A stretch of 64,000 nucleotides of DNA from Candidatus Latescibacterota bacterium (GTDB lineage: Bacteria; Latescibacterota; UBA2968; UBA8231): NCBI GenBank assembly GCA_963422735.1, contig OY730476.1, forward strand, positions 4,256,001 through 4,320,000, written 5' to 3'. A program made the translations under genes and the position numbers. Below, piece by piece: positions 1 to 9,530 of the stretch. Position 1 is the stretch's first letter, and every line of letters starts with the position of its first letter. The notes under the pieces were generated by a model. That model was not told where the DNA came from. It saw nothing but the letters and a program-made list of their open reading frames with translations, and did no database searches.

Positions 1-1
1 C

Positions 2-1627
2 CAAGAGACGCCCGACCAGTTGCGCACCATGGAAGAAGTTAAAAAGGACATGGAAACGCCGCACCCGATGGATCGCTTAGTCTGCGGCGACGTTGGCTAT
101 GGCAAGACCGAGGTCGCCGTGCGCGCCGCTTTCAAGGCCGTCTGCGACCACAAGCAGACCGCCGTGCTGGTGCCCACCACCATTCTCGCCGAGCAGCACT
201 ACCAGACCTTCTCAGAACGCATGGGGCACACTCCAGCGCGCGTCGAAGTGCTCAGCCGCTTCCGCTCCCCTAAGGAGCAGCAACAGATCCTCCAAGACGT
301 CAAAAATGGCCAGGTTGATGTGCTCATCGGCACCCATCGCATCCTCTCCAAGGACATCCGCTTCCGCGACTTAGGGCTTTTGATCGTCGATGAAGAGCAG
401 CGCTTTGGGGTCCGCCACAAGGAGCGGCTCAAGCAGCTAAAGCGGCTCGTCGATGTCCTGACCCTGACGGCGACCCCGATCCCGCGCACCCTGCACATGT
501 CGATGATGGGCGCTCGGGATATGTCGGTGATCAACACCCCGCCGCAGGATCGCCTGCCCATCCACACCGAGATCCTAGCTTTTGACGAGGCTCGCATTGC
601 CGAGGCCATCCACCGCGAAGTCGAGCGCGGTGGTCAAGTTTACTTCGTACACAATCGAGTACAGTCGATTCAGCGGCTCAAGGAATACCTGCAAGATCTC
701 CTGCCGCAGGTGCGCTGTGGCGTCGCCCACGGGCAGATGCCACCCAAGCAGCTAGAGAAGGTCATGGTCGATTTCTTGGAACGGAGATACGACTGTTTAG
801 TCTGCACTATGATCATTGAATCGGGTATCGACATTCCTTCAGTCAACACCATCATCGTCAACCGGGCCGACGCGCTGGGCCTGAGTCAGCTCTACCAGAT
901 CAGAGGCCGGGTCGGTCGCTCTAACGAGCGCGCCTACGCCTATCTGCTGGTGCCCAAGGGCAAGAAGCTGACCAAGAAGAGCCGCCTGCGCCTGCGCGCC
1001 ATCGAAGAATTCGCCGATTTAGGGTCTGGGTTCAACATCGCCATGCGCGATCTAGAGATTCGCGGTGCCGGCAACCTAGTGGGGGCGCAGCAACACGGAT
1101 TTATCGCCGCTGTCGGCTTCGACCTCTACTGTCGCTTGTTGGACGAGGCCATGCGCGGAATCAAGGGCGATTACTCGCCTGACAGCCCCGAGCCCGATAT
1201 AAAAATCGCGGTCTCGGCTTATATTCCAGATGAGTACTTGCACGACCCAGACCAAAAGATGGAGTTCTACCAGCGCTTAGCCGACGCCGGCCGCATTGTC
1301 GATCTTTTGGATATCCGCGAGGAGATGCAGGATCGCTTTGGGCGCCTGCCCCAGCCGGCGCGCTCGCTAATGCACATCATGGAAATCAAGATCATGGCCC
1401 GCCAGCTCGGCCTCGAAAGCGTCCAGTTGGAGCAGAGTCGCTTTCGCCTCGCCTTTCCGTCAGACCGGCCGATCTCACCGGCCGATATCCAGAAGATGGT
1501 GGAGCAGTCTTCTACTCAGCTAGACTTCGATTTGGGCGCACAGCTCAAAATCGAGGTTCGGGTGCCGGGCCGCGACGAGATTGAGCGCTTGGAAAAGGTG
1601 CGCGACATCTTGGAGGAAATCCTCTGA
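2..1627 (+). CDS. mfd: Transcription-repair coupling factor Mfd, C-terminal part (gene starts before the window)
   Basis: Frame open from base 2 (QETPDQLRTMEEV). Motifs DRLVCGDVGYGKTEVA, DEEQRFG, TATPIPRTL, QIRGRVGRS, RDLEIRGAGNL, and a TRCF C-terminal domain. Confidence 0.97.
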   Translation, partial: QETPDQLRTMEEVKKDMETPHPMDRLVCGDVGYGKTEVAVRAAFKAVCDHKQTAVLVPTTILAEQHYQTFSERMGHTPARVEVLSRFRSPKEQQQILQDVKNGQVDVLIGTHRILSKDIRFRDLGLLIVDEEQRFGVRHKERLKQLKRLVDVLTLTATPIPRTLHMSMMGARDMSVINTPPQDRLPIHTEILAFDEARIAEAIHREVERGGQVYFVHNRVQSIQRLKEYLQDLLPQVRCGVAHGQMPPKQLEKVMVDFLERRYDCLVCTMIIESGIDIPSVNTIIVNRADALGLSQLYQIRGRVGRSNERAYAYLLVPKGKKLTKKSRLRLRAIEEFADLGSGFNIAMRDLEIRGAGNLVGAQQHGFIAAVGFDLYCRLLDEAMRGIKGDYSPDSPEPDIKIAVSAYIPDEYLHDPDQKMEFYQRLADAGRIVDLLDIREEMQDRFGRLPQPARSLMHIMEIKIMARQLGLESVQLEQSRFRLAFPSDRPISPADIQKMVEQSSTQLDFDLGAQLKIEVRVPGRDEIERLEKVRDILEEIL

Positions 1628-2445
1628 AAACACTGCTTGCCATCGCGCTCGCGCTCAGCGCACTGCCGGGGTGTGAATCGTCGAGCACCCGCGACATCGT
1701 CGCCCGCGTCGGAGACACCGAACTTGCGGAAAGCGAGTTCGCAAGCCAATTCGCGCCCGGCTCCGACGCCGATCTAGCCGAAGGCGAGCGAGCGCAGCTC
1801 ATCGAGGACTGGGTGCGCCAAGAACTGCTCTATCAGGAAGCTCTCGCTCGCGGGCTCCACCATCAAGAGCGGCTCAAAACGCTTCTAGATCAGATGCGGC
1901 GAGACCTGCTGGTGGCGGCCCTGCTCGACGCCGAGTTCCAAGACCATGAGCTCGCCTTCAGCGAGGCCGCAATCCGTCGCTACTACGACGCGCATCAAGC
2001 CGATTTTCGGAGGATTCGCCCCGAGATTAAGGCGCGGCACATCCTCCTGACCAGCCAGCGAGAGGCCAATGCCCGACGGCAAACCCTGCTACAGCGAGGC
2101 GAAAGTTTTACCGAGGTGGCCCGCAAGTACTCGCACGATGCCGCCACCCGCAACAAGGGAGGTGAACTGGGCTATTTCTCCGAAGTAGAAAATCCCGTGC
2201 TGTGGGCCGCGTGCCAAGATATGCCGCTCAAGCGCATCTCCGAGCCGGTGCAGACCGACTACGGCTACCACCTCATCCAAGTCCAAGAGCAATGCGAGGT
2301 CGGTACGGTGCGCAACCTCGCACAAGTGCGCTCCCAGATCGTCGAGACGCTGGTGCGCGAGCATCATCGATCTCAGCTCGACCAATTCGTCGCCAAACTC
2401 AAAAATTCCGCCGACTGGGCTATCGTAGCCCCTACCCCCCCCTAA
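1624..2445 (+). CDS. PpiC/parvulin-type peptidyl-prolyl isomerase lipoprotein (PrsA/SurA-like)
   Basis: ARHIL, F.EVARKYSHD, GGELGYF and QTDYGYHLI rotamase motifs. The frame of ORF 1813-2445 stays open back to a CTG at 1624, preceded by GGAGG at 1612-1616, giving the lipoprotein signal (M)KTLLAIALALSALPGC. Confidence 0.85.
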   Translation: MKTLLAIALALSALPGCESSSTRDIVARVGDTELAESEFASQFAPGSDADLAEGERAQLIEDWVRQELLYQEALARGLHHQERLKTLLDQMRRDLLVAALLDAEFQDHELAFSEAAIRRYYDAHQADFRRIRPEIKARHILLTSQREANARRQTLLQRGESFTEVARKYSHDAATRNKGGELGYFSEVENPVLWAACQDMPLKRISEPVQTDYGYHLIQVQEQCEVGTVRNLAQVRSQIVETLVREHHRSQLDQFVAKLKNSADWAIVAPTPP

Positions 2446-2447
2446 GT

Positions 2448-3785
2448 ATGTCACTGCATTCGCCAAATCGCCTATTGTTAGCTCTCTGCCTCGCGCTGTG
2501 TATCGCGCCGCGCGCAAGGGCCTTGCCCGAACTCCTCGACCGCATCGTCGCCATCGTTGACAACCACTCGATCCTCTGGTCCGAGCTCAATTACCGACTG
2601 CGCTTTGAGGCCGAGCAGCGCGGGCTGTCGGTCTTCGTCGAATCCGAGCAAATCAAGACACTCCGCCGCGAAATCCTCGAGGCCATGATCGACGAGCAAG
2701 TACTAGTTCTCAAGGCCAAGCAGGACAGCATTCAGATCGATCCATCCGAAGTCGAGGAAATGCTCGGCCAGCAGTTCCATAAGGCCAAGAGCAGCATGGA
2801 CGACGGGGAATTCGAGCAGATGCTAGAGCGCGTGGGCTTGAGCGAGCGCCAGCTCAAGGCTCGCTACCGCAAGGAAATCCGCCACCGCCTGCTCTCGCGC
2901 CAGATGCGCGCCTTTGTCTCGTACCGGGTACACGTCAGCCACCGCGACGTGGAGGAGTTCCGCGTCGTGCACCAAGACACCTTGCCTTCCCAAATCTCGC
3001 TCAGCCACATTCTGATCGAGGTCCAGCCCAGCGATGAAGTGCTAAAAGAGAAACGGGCGCGAATCGAAGAGATACAAGCCCTGCTGGCGGCTGGCGGCGA
3101 TTTCGCTACAATAGCCCGCGCTCACTCTGAAGATCCCGGCAGTGCTTCTCTCGGCGGCGACTTGGGCTGTTTCTCGCCTAGTACCTTGGTCCCCGAGTTC
3201 GAGGAAGCGGCCTTCACCCTCAAACCAGGCCAGACTAGCGAGCCAGTTTTGAGCCCTTATGGCTACCACCTGATACAGGTGCGCGAAAAGCGCGAAGCCT
3301 CCATCTGCGCCAGCCACATCCTCGTCTTGGCCAAAACCTCGGAAAGCGACGAGGCCCGTACGCGGGAAACGCTAGAGGATTTGCGCCGCCGCGCCCTGAA
3401 CGGCGAGGAGTTTTCCCAGCTCGCCCGCCAGTATTCGGCCAACCCGCAGACGGCTATGCAGGGCGGCCTCTGGGGCGCTTTCCTTAGGGACGAGCTCCCC
3501 GGATTCCTTCAGCCCTACCTCCGCAACCTCAAGCTGGGCGACATCAGCGAACCCTTCTTTTTTGACGATGGTGGCCACATTATCAAAATTGACGACGATC
3601 AAGCCGTGATCGAGGGCCTGATCCGCGAAAGCCGCACCGAAGAAACCATGCGCCAACTAATCGACGAATACCGGCAGCAAATCCACATCGAGGTTCGGCT
3701 CGACGAGGAAAACTTGCGCCGACCGGCACGGGATGCGACTGGATATCTTTCTGAAGAACACGGGGCTGATCAAGCAGCGCAGTGA
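2448..3785 (+). CDS. surA: SurA-like periplasmic chaperone/PPIase (SurA N-domain plus two PpiC domains)
   Basis: ATG 2448 gives a signal peptide. DRIVAIVDN N-domain; two rotamase units (SHILI..GGDLG..YGYHLIQ; ASHILV..F.QLARQYS). Confidence 0.82.
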   Translation: MSLHSPNRLLLALCLALCIAPRARALPELLDRIVAIVDNHSILWSELNYRLRFEAEQRGLSVFVESEQIKTLRREILEAMIDEQVLVLKAKQDSIQIDPSEVEEMLGQQFHKAKSSMDDGEFEQMLERVGLSERQLKARYRKEIRHRLLSRQMRAFVSYRVHVSHRDVEEFRVVHQDTLPSQISLSHILIEVQPSDEVLKEKRARIEEIQALLAAGGDFATIARAHSEDPGSASLGGDLGCFSPSTLVPEFEEAAFTLKPGQTSEPVLSPYGYHLIQVREKREASICASHILVLAKTSESDEARTRETLEDLRRRALNGEEFSQLARQYSANPQTAMQGGLWGAFLRDELPGFLQPYLRNLKLGDISEPFFFDDGGHIIKIDDDQAVIEGLIRESRTEETMRQLIDEYRQQIHIEVRLDEENLRRPARDATGYLSEEHGADQAAQ

Positions 3786-4014
3786 AGCCAAGCGGGCCTG
3801 CGACACCGGGCGAGTCCAGATCGACGGACGGCAGGCCAAGGCTTCGCACTCCGTGACCGTGGGCGAGCAGATACACATTGCGACCCCCACCCGCCTGCTC
3901 GACATCGAGGTGCTCAGCATCCCGGAGCGCCAGCCCGCACGGCGAAACCGCCGCCGCTTTTATCGGATCCTCCGCGAAGAGTACCGCGACCCGTACGAGG
4001 ACCTAAGCTTTTAG
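3733..4014 (+). CDS. S4-domain RNA-binding protein (Hsp15/YabO-RqcP-like)
   Basis: MRLDIFLK..GLIKQRSEAKRACDTGRVQIDG..AKAS..V.VG S4 signature. Confidence 0.9.
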   Translation: MRLDIFLKNTGLIKQRSEAKRACDTGRVQIDGRQAKASHSVTVGEQIHIATPTRLLDIEVLSIPERQPARRNRRRFYRILREEYRDPYEDLSF

Positions 4015-4024
4015 GACGCAAGCT

Positions 4025-4783
4025 ATGGGTAGCGCAGCGCAATCCCCCTATCAAGGACTGGCCCCCATTTACGACTATGTAATGGCTCACGTCGATTACG
4101 GCGAATGGGCTGCTTATATCCATGAGCTCTGCGCTCACTTTGCTCCCCACACCACCCGCGTCGTGGACTTGGCCTGCGGCACCGGCAATGTGTCTTTTGC
4201 GCTCCATCGCCTCGGCTATGAGGTAACGGGCGTGGATCGCTCCGAGGCCATGCTGCAGGTCGCGCGTGAGAAGGCGGCCGGCACCGACGTCGAGTTCGTC
4301 CAGCAGGACCTGCGCCAGCTAGAGGGCTTAGGGCCTTTTGACGCAGCCACTTGCCTGTACGACAGTATCAACTATCTGCTCGCACCAGCCGACATAGACG
4401 CGGCCCTGCACGGCGCACAGGCCATTGTACAGCCGGGTGGGCTTTTCGTCTTTGACATCTGTACCGAGCGCAATTCGCTGCGCTATTTCCGCAACATGCA
4501 AGACAGTGAGCGCGGGCCGGGTTTTTCCTACGAGCGGCACAGCATCTACGATCCAGACAGGCGGCTACAGAGCAATCACTTCCGCATCCGTTGCGACGGA
4601 AGCGATGTCGCGTTTGAGGAAACCCATGTCCAGCGCATCTATTCAGTCGCCGCCGTCGCTGCCCGCATCGAGGCGAGCGCTTGGGAGTTGCTCGCACACT
4701 TCGACGGTTTCACCTTTGACAAGGGGGTCGAGGAATCGGACCGCGTCCACTTCGTCCTCCGCGCTCCGCAAGCGGAGAAATAA
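4025..4783 (+). CDS. Class I SAM-dependent methyltransferase
   Basis: VDLACGTG, GVDRSEAML, CLYDSINY, PGGLFVFD. Confidence 0.9.
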   Translation: MGSAAQSPYQGLAPIYDYVMAHVDYGEWAAYIHELCAHFAPHTTRVVDLACGTGNVSFALHRLGYEVTGVDRSEAMLQVAREKAAGTDVEFVQQDLRQLEGLGPFDAATCLYDSINYLLAPADIDAALHGAQAIVQPGGLFVFDICTERNSLRYFRNMQDSERGPGFSYERHSIYDPDRRLQSNHFRIRCDGSDVAFEETHVQRIYSVAAVAARIEASAWELLAHFDGFTFDKGVEESDRVHFVLRAPQAEK

Positions 4784-4785
4784 TT

Positions 4786-5736
4786 TTGGACCTGAAGCTA
4801 AGAGCAACGCGCACATTCATTGAGGACGACGACGACTTCCTGCTGACGACCCACGTCAACAGCGACGCCGACGGCCTAGGTGCCTGCATGGCTTGGGCCC
4901 ACCTGCTGAAGGGCCTCGGCAAGCGCGCTGACATCGGCCTGCCCGAGCCACCGGCCGGCCAATGCTCCTTTCTCGTCGGCTGGGACGACGTGCGCCACTT
5001 CGCCGACCTCGACTTGGCCCGCTATCGCTGCGCCATTGTCGCCGACTGCCCTTCTCTTGACCGCATCGGCCCGGTGCGCCCAAATCTCAGCCCTGATATC
5101 CGTCTCCTCAACATCGATCACCACCAAGGCAATGAGTGCTTCGGCGCGTTGAATATCGTGGAGGAGATCAGCTCTACCTGCGAGCTCCTCTACCATCTCG
5201 CCATCGCCCTTGGCTATGAGGTTGACGCCGTCGCGGCCGCCCAGCTCTATGCGGGGATTCTCTTCGATACCGGCGGCTTTCGCTTCTCGCCAACGACGGC
5301 AACCACCTTTGAAGTGGCGGCCGATCTAGTGCGGCGCGGTGCGCGTCTCGACGCCATTGCCGAGGGCGTCTTCGGCAACAAGAGCCTCGGCTCGGTCAAG
5401 CAGCGCGGCCAAGCGATTGAGAGCTTGGTGCTGCGCCTCGGGGGACGAGTGGCTCTGCTCCATCTCGACCGCGAAGCCATGTGCGCGGGCGAGCCTGACG
5501 AAGTCGTCAACTACGGCCTAATGATCAAGGGCGTCGAAGTGGCCGTGTTGCTCAAGGAACGCGCCCCCGGATGCTACCGCATCAGCCTGCGCTCCCGCGA
5601 CAAGGTCGACGTCAGCCAAGTCGCCGGTACCTTTGGGGGCGGCGGTCACACCCGCGCTGCCGGGTTGGAGCTAACGGGTGTGCCCCAAGATATTGTTGAG
5701 AGCATATTAGCCGAAATTGGTCGCTATTTACATTAG
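4786..5736 (+). CDS. nrnA: DHH/DHHA1 phosphoesterase (NrnA-like nanoRNase/pAp phosphatase)
   Basis: THVNSDADGLG, NIDHH, DTGGF, SLRS, GGGGH motifs. Confidence 0.85.
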   Translation: MDLKLRATRTFIEDDDDFLLTTHVNSDADGLGACMAWAHLLKGLGKRADIGLPEPPAGQCSFLVGWDDVRHFADLDLARYRCAIVADCPSLDRIGPVRPNLSPDIRLLNIDHHQGNECFGALNIVEEISSTCELLYHLAIALGYEVDAVAAAQLYAGILFDTGGFRFSPTTATTFEVAADLVRRGARLDAIAEGVFGNKSLGSVKQRGQAIESLVLRLGGRVALLHLDREAMCAGEPDEVVNYGLMIKGVEVAVLLKERAPGCYRISLRSRDKVDVSQVAGTFGGGGHTRAAGLELTGVPQDIVESILAEIGRYLH

Positions 5737-5823
5737 TAATAATTATTCTTGATTATAAATTTTTATCTATTATTTTATTTCGTTCGCTACCATTAAAAAA
5801 AACAAGGTAAGGAAGACGTTCCA
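5737..5823 (+). promoter_or_regulatory. AT-rich promoter region upstream of argF
   Basis: Sharp AT-rich stretch in GC-rich DNA, with palindrome AATAATTATT at 5738-5747 (loosely ARG-box-like). Exact elements uncertain. Confidence 0.4.
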
Positions 5824-6741
5824 TTGCATTTAATTAGCTTAAAAGACTGGTCTCCAGCCGATGTGCAGCAAACCGTCGAGCTCGGCCTCGCCGTCAAGGC
5901 CGCCCCGCAGCACTACGCCGAGGCCCTCTCTGGGCGCACGGTGGTTCTGCTTTTCCAGAAGACTTCGACCCGCACCCGCTGCGCCGGCGAGATTGGCACT
6001 GCCCAGCTAGGCGGCCACGCCCTCTACTTAGACTGGCTGAACACCAACTTCGGGCTCGCCGACTTAGGCGACGAATTTCGCGTACTCTCCAGCTACTCCG
6101 ACTTCATCGTCGCCCGCCTGCTCGAACACGCTGATGTGCGCCGCGCCGCCGCCGCTTCGCAGATGCCGCTGATAAACGGCTGCTGCAACCGCTATCACCC
6201 CTTACAGGCGTTGGCCGACTTGATGACCCTACAGGAGGCTTTCGGGCGGCTCGAAGGGGTACGGCTGACGTACGTCGGGGTGCTCAACAACGTCGCCAAC
6301 TCGCTCATTGCCGCTGGCGTCAAAGTGGGCCTACACGTCACTTGCGTCTGCCCGGAAATCAACGCGGCCGCACGCGACGACGAACTCTACGCCGAAGCCA
6401 AGTGCTTGGGACTCTACGAGCACACCGAGGAATTGCACCCGGCGCTGGCAAAATCCGACGCCGTGTACACCGACACTTGGATCGACATGGAGTTTTTTAC
6501 CAATCCCCAATTCGCCGCCGAGAAAGCACGGCGGGTGCAGCTTTTCCAGCCCTATCAGCTCAACCGCGAGTTGCTCGCGGGCCTAGATCTAAAAATCCTG
6601 CACTGCCTCCCCGCTCACCACGGCTATGAGATCGAAGGCTCGCTTTTGCACGACGAGCGCTCGCTGATTTTCACCCAAGCCGAAAACCGCCTGCACAGCC
6701 AGAAGGCCGTGCTACTCAAGCTGGCGGGTGTCTTCGCCTGA
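5824..6741 (+). CDS. argF: Ornithine carbamoyltransferase
   Basis: STRT, HPLQALADL, YTDTW, LHCLPA and QAENRLH motifs. Confidence 0.9.
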   Translation: MHLISLKDWSPADVQQTVELGLAVKAAPQHYAEALSGRTVVLLFQKTSTRTRCAGEIGTAQLGGHALYLDWLNTNFGLADLGDEFRVLSSYSDFIVARLLEHADVRRAAAASQMPLINGCCNRYHPLQALADLMTLQEAFGRLEGVRLTYVGVLNNVANSLIAAGVKVGLHVTCVCPEINAAARDDELYAEAKCLGLYEHTEELHPALAKSDAVYTDTWIDMEFFTNPQFAAEKARRVQLFQPYQLNRELLAGLDLKILHCLPAHHGYEIEGSLLHDERSLIFTQAENRLHSQKAVLLKLAGVFA

Positions 6742-7046
6742 GATGGGCTAGCACTCATCGTCGCTAGTTCCGCTGCAAAGGGAGCCGCAACTAGCCATCC
6801 TATTCAACGGGGAGTTCGGCGGCGCGAGACCGGACGGCAAATTGCTCAATCCCTTTCTGGAAATTCCCAGCGAATTCGGTCCACGTATCGAGCGGGCCGA
6901 TCCCATCTCGGGCGACTATTTCAAATCGGGGTCGGGTGGCGGCATCGACCGGATACTCAGTCAAGGCTGGTGTCTCCCACCAAATTAGCAAAATTTTGCC
7001 CCTTTCTTTTATTTACCTTCGTTCATCGTCTCTCAACCAACAAAAT

Positions 7047-8135
7047 ATGCCACTCTACTTCCTAGCCCTCCTCCTGTTCACCACCGCCGCCGCCGACACT
7101 TGGAACACCTTCCGCGGCAACCCCCAACTCACCGGCGTCGCCACCTCCAACCTCGCCCCACCCCTAACGCTACTTTGGGCCTACCCCACCCAAGACGCCA
7201 TTGAATCCACCGCCGCCATTCACGAGGGCACAGTGTACGTCGGCTCGCTCGACGGCCAGCTCTACGCATTCGACCTGCACACCGGCGCGCTAGCATGGCA
7301 GTACCAAGCCGATGGCGAAATCAAATCCTCTCCCACCATCGCCGACAGCACCGTTTACTTCGGCGACGAGGCCGGCACTTTCCACGCCGTCGCTACCCAG
7401 AGCGGTCAGCGCCGCTGGACTTTCGCCGCCGCCGCCGGCATCATCTCCACCGCCAACCACACCGGCGGTCGTCTCTACTTCGGCAGCTATGACCAACGCC
7501 TGTACTGCCTCGATGCAACCGCTGGAACCCTGATTTGGAAAATCGCCACAGAGGGGTATATTCACAGTACGCTGGCGCTGTACGAAAATCGCGGCGTCGT
7601 GGCCGGTTGCGACGGATACTTGCGGATCTTGGACCTCGTCGCCGGTACGCAGCACCAGCAGCTCGCGCTAGGCGGGTACGTGGCCTCCAGCGCCGCCATC
7701 CACGCGGGACGTGCGTACGTAGGCACCTTTGGCAACGAAGTACTAGGCGTCGATTTAGGCGCGGGGAAAATCCGCTGGCGCTACGCCCACGCGGTGCGGA
7801 AATTCCCGTTTTACTCGTCAGCGGCCGTCACCGACCAAGCGGTCGTCATCGGCGGCCGGGACAAGCTCGTACACGCCCTCGACCCGCAAACAGGTCAACC
7901 CTTGTGGACCTTTGCCTCAGGAGCGCGGGTGGATTCCTCGCCGGTCATCGCCGGTGAGTACATTTACGTAGGTGCCCGTGCGCTCATCGCCCTCGCGCTC
8001 GCGTCGGGCGCGGAAGTCTGGCGCTTTGAAACAGGCGCAGCCATCGCAGCTTCGCCGGCCGTCGCCGCTGACCGACTCGTCATTGGTGCCACTAATGGCG
8101 TACTATATTGTTTTGGGCGCGAGGGCAAACCATGA
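7047..8135 (+). CDS. Secreted PQQ-like/BamB-like beta-propeller repeat protein
   Basis: ATG 7047 gives a signal peptide then WNTFRGNPQLTG; repeated 'SSP...vY.Gs.dg.lyalD..tG...W' blades. Confidence 0.88.
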   Translation: MPLYFLALLLFTTAAADTWNTFRGNPQLTGVATSNLAPPLTLLWAYPTQDAIESTAAIHEGTVYVGSLDGQLYAFDLHTGALAWQYQADGEIKSSPTIADSTVYFGDEAGTFHAVATQSGQRRWTFAAAAGIISTANHTGGRLYFGSYDQRLYCLDATAGTLIWKIATEGYIHSTLALYENRGVVAGCDGYLRILDLVAGTQHQQLALGGYVASSAAIHAGRAYVGTFGNEVLGVDLGAGKIRWRYAHAVRKFPFYSSAAVTDQAVVIGGRDKLVHALDPQTGQPLWTFASGARVDSSPVIAGEYIYVGARALIALALASGAEVWRFETGAAIAASPAVAADRLVIGATNGVLYCFGREGKP

Positions 8136-9517
8136 GGGATGAAGTTGTTCCTAACATTTCGACCCAAAGGTCACAAGCCATGAGTCCACTCGGCAGAGAC
8201 CCGGCGACCACCCGCGCCGACCGCACCCAAACCGAGGTCGGCAGCGTCTTTGTCTCCAACTACCCGGCCTATTCATTCTGGAGTGAGAAGGACGTACCTC
8301 GGGCACATTGCGCACTCGCCGACCAGCCGCGACCCGACACCAAGCTCGGTCTCTACCTCCACATACCCTTCTGCCGCAAGCGCTGCAAGTTCTGTTACTT
8401 CCGCGTTTATACGGACAAAAACAGTCGGCAAATCCAGATATATCTCGACGCCCTCGCCCGCGAAGTGGAACACTACGCGCAGCAGCCGGCGGTCAAAGAC
8501 CGGCCACTGCACTTTATCTACTTTGGCGGCGGCACCCCTTCCTACATCAGTTCGCGCCACCTGCGCTCCTTAGTCGAACGCCTCAAAGACGCCATGCCTT
8601 GGGACCAAGCCGACGAAATCGCCTTTGAGTGCGAGCCCGGCACCTTGACCCAAGCCAAGTTAGAAGCCATCCGCGACATCGGCGTCACTCGCCTCAGCCT
8701 GGGGATAGAAAACCTCGACGACGAAATCCTGCGTCACAACGGCCGCGCCCACGTCAGCAAGGAAATCTACCAAGTCATGCCCTGGATCCACGCGCTCGAC
8801 TTCGATCAGGTCAACGTAGATCTGATCGCCGGCATGATCGGCGAGACTTGGCCGAGCTGGCGTCAGACCGCGCAAAGGACCATCGCGCTCGACCCAGACA
8901 GCGTTACTGTCTATCAGATGGAGTTGCCGTACAACACGCTCTACTCCAAGGACCTACTCGCTGGCGACGGCGAGCCGCTGGCCTTGGCCGATTGGAAGAC
9001 CAAGCGCGCCTGGCATGCCTATGCCTTCGAGCAATTAGCCGTCGCTGGGTACGTGCGTTCAAGTGCCTACACGATGAAGAAAACGCCCGACGCTCGCTTC
9101 GTTTACCGCGACGCCGTGTGGACCGGCCAAGACATGATCGGCACTGGTGTCGCCTCTTTTTCGCACTTAAGTGGAGTCCACTACCAAAACGCGCCGCACT
9201 GGGATGACTACCTCGCCGTCATCGACCGCGGCGGCCTTCCCATCCACCGCGCCTTCGCCACCGACCGCGAAGAGCAACTCACCCGCGAGGTGATCCTGCA
9301 GCTCAAATTAGGTGCGCTGGATACCGCGTATTTTCGCGCCAAATTCGGCGTCGATGTCGTCACCCACTTCGCCGCCGCGCTCAGCGGTCTGCGCGACGGG
9401 GGCATGCTCCATTTCGACGCCGACGCGATTGAGCTGACCGACGAGGGCCTCATGCGCGTCGATCAGCTCCTGCCCGACTTATACCAAACCCAATACCGCA
9501 ACGCACGTTATACCTAA
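8132..9517 (+). CDS. HemN-like (class C) radical SAM enzyme
   Basis: YLHIPFCRKRCKFCYF (CxxxCxxC), YFGGGTPS, RLSLG, NVDLIAG. ATGA overlap with the upstream stop. Confidence 0.9.
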   Translation: MRDEVVPNISTQRSQAMSPLGRDPATTRADRTQTEVGSVFVSNYPAYSFWSEKDVPRAHCALADQPRPDTKLGLYLHIPFCRKRCKFCYFRVYTDKNSRQIQIYLDALAREVEHYAQQPAVKDRPLHFIYFGGGTPSYISSRHLRSLVERLKDAMPWDQADEIAFECEPGTLTQAKLEAIRDIGVTRLSLGIENLDDEILRHNGRAHVSKEIYQVMPWIHALDFDQVNVDLIAGMIGETWPSWRQTAQRTIALDPDSVTVYQMELPYNTLYSKDLLAGDGEPLALADWKTKRAWHAYAFEQLAVAGYVRSSAYTMKKTPDARFVYRDAVWTGQDMIGTGVASFSHLSGVHYQNAPHWDDYLAVIDRGGLPIHRAFATDREEQLTREVILQLKLGALDTAYFRAKFGVDVVTHFAAALSGLRDGGMLHFDADAIELTDEGLMRVDQLLPDLYQTQYRNARYT

Positions 9518-9530
9518 GTAGGAGGTACCA

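Noticed and set aside
6800-6991. 63-aa minus-strand ORF between argF and the cluster
   Set aside because: No RBS or recognisable motif; it may be a gene remnant but cannot be supported.
8132-9517. PQQ biosynthesis (PqqE) or RiPP maturase
   Set aside because: The enzyme is HemN-type with no SPASM cysteines, and no pqq genes or precursor peptide were found.
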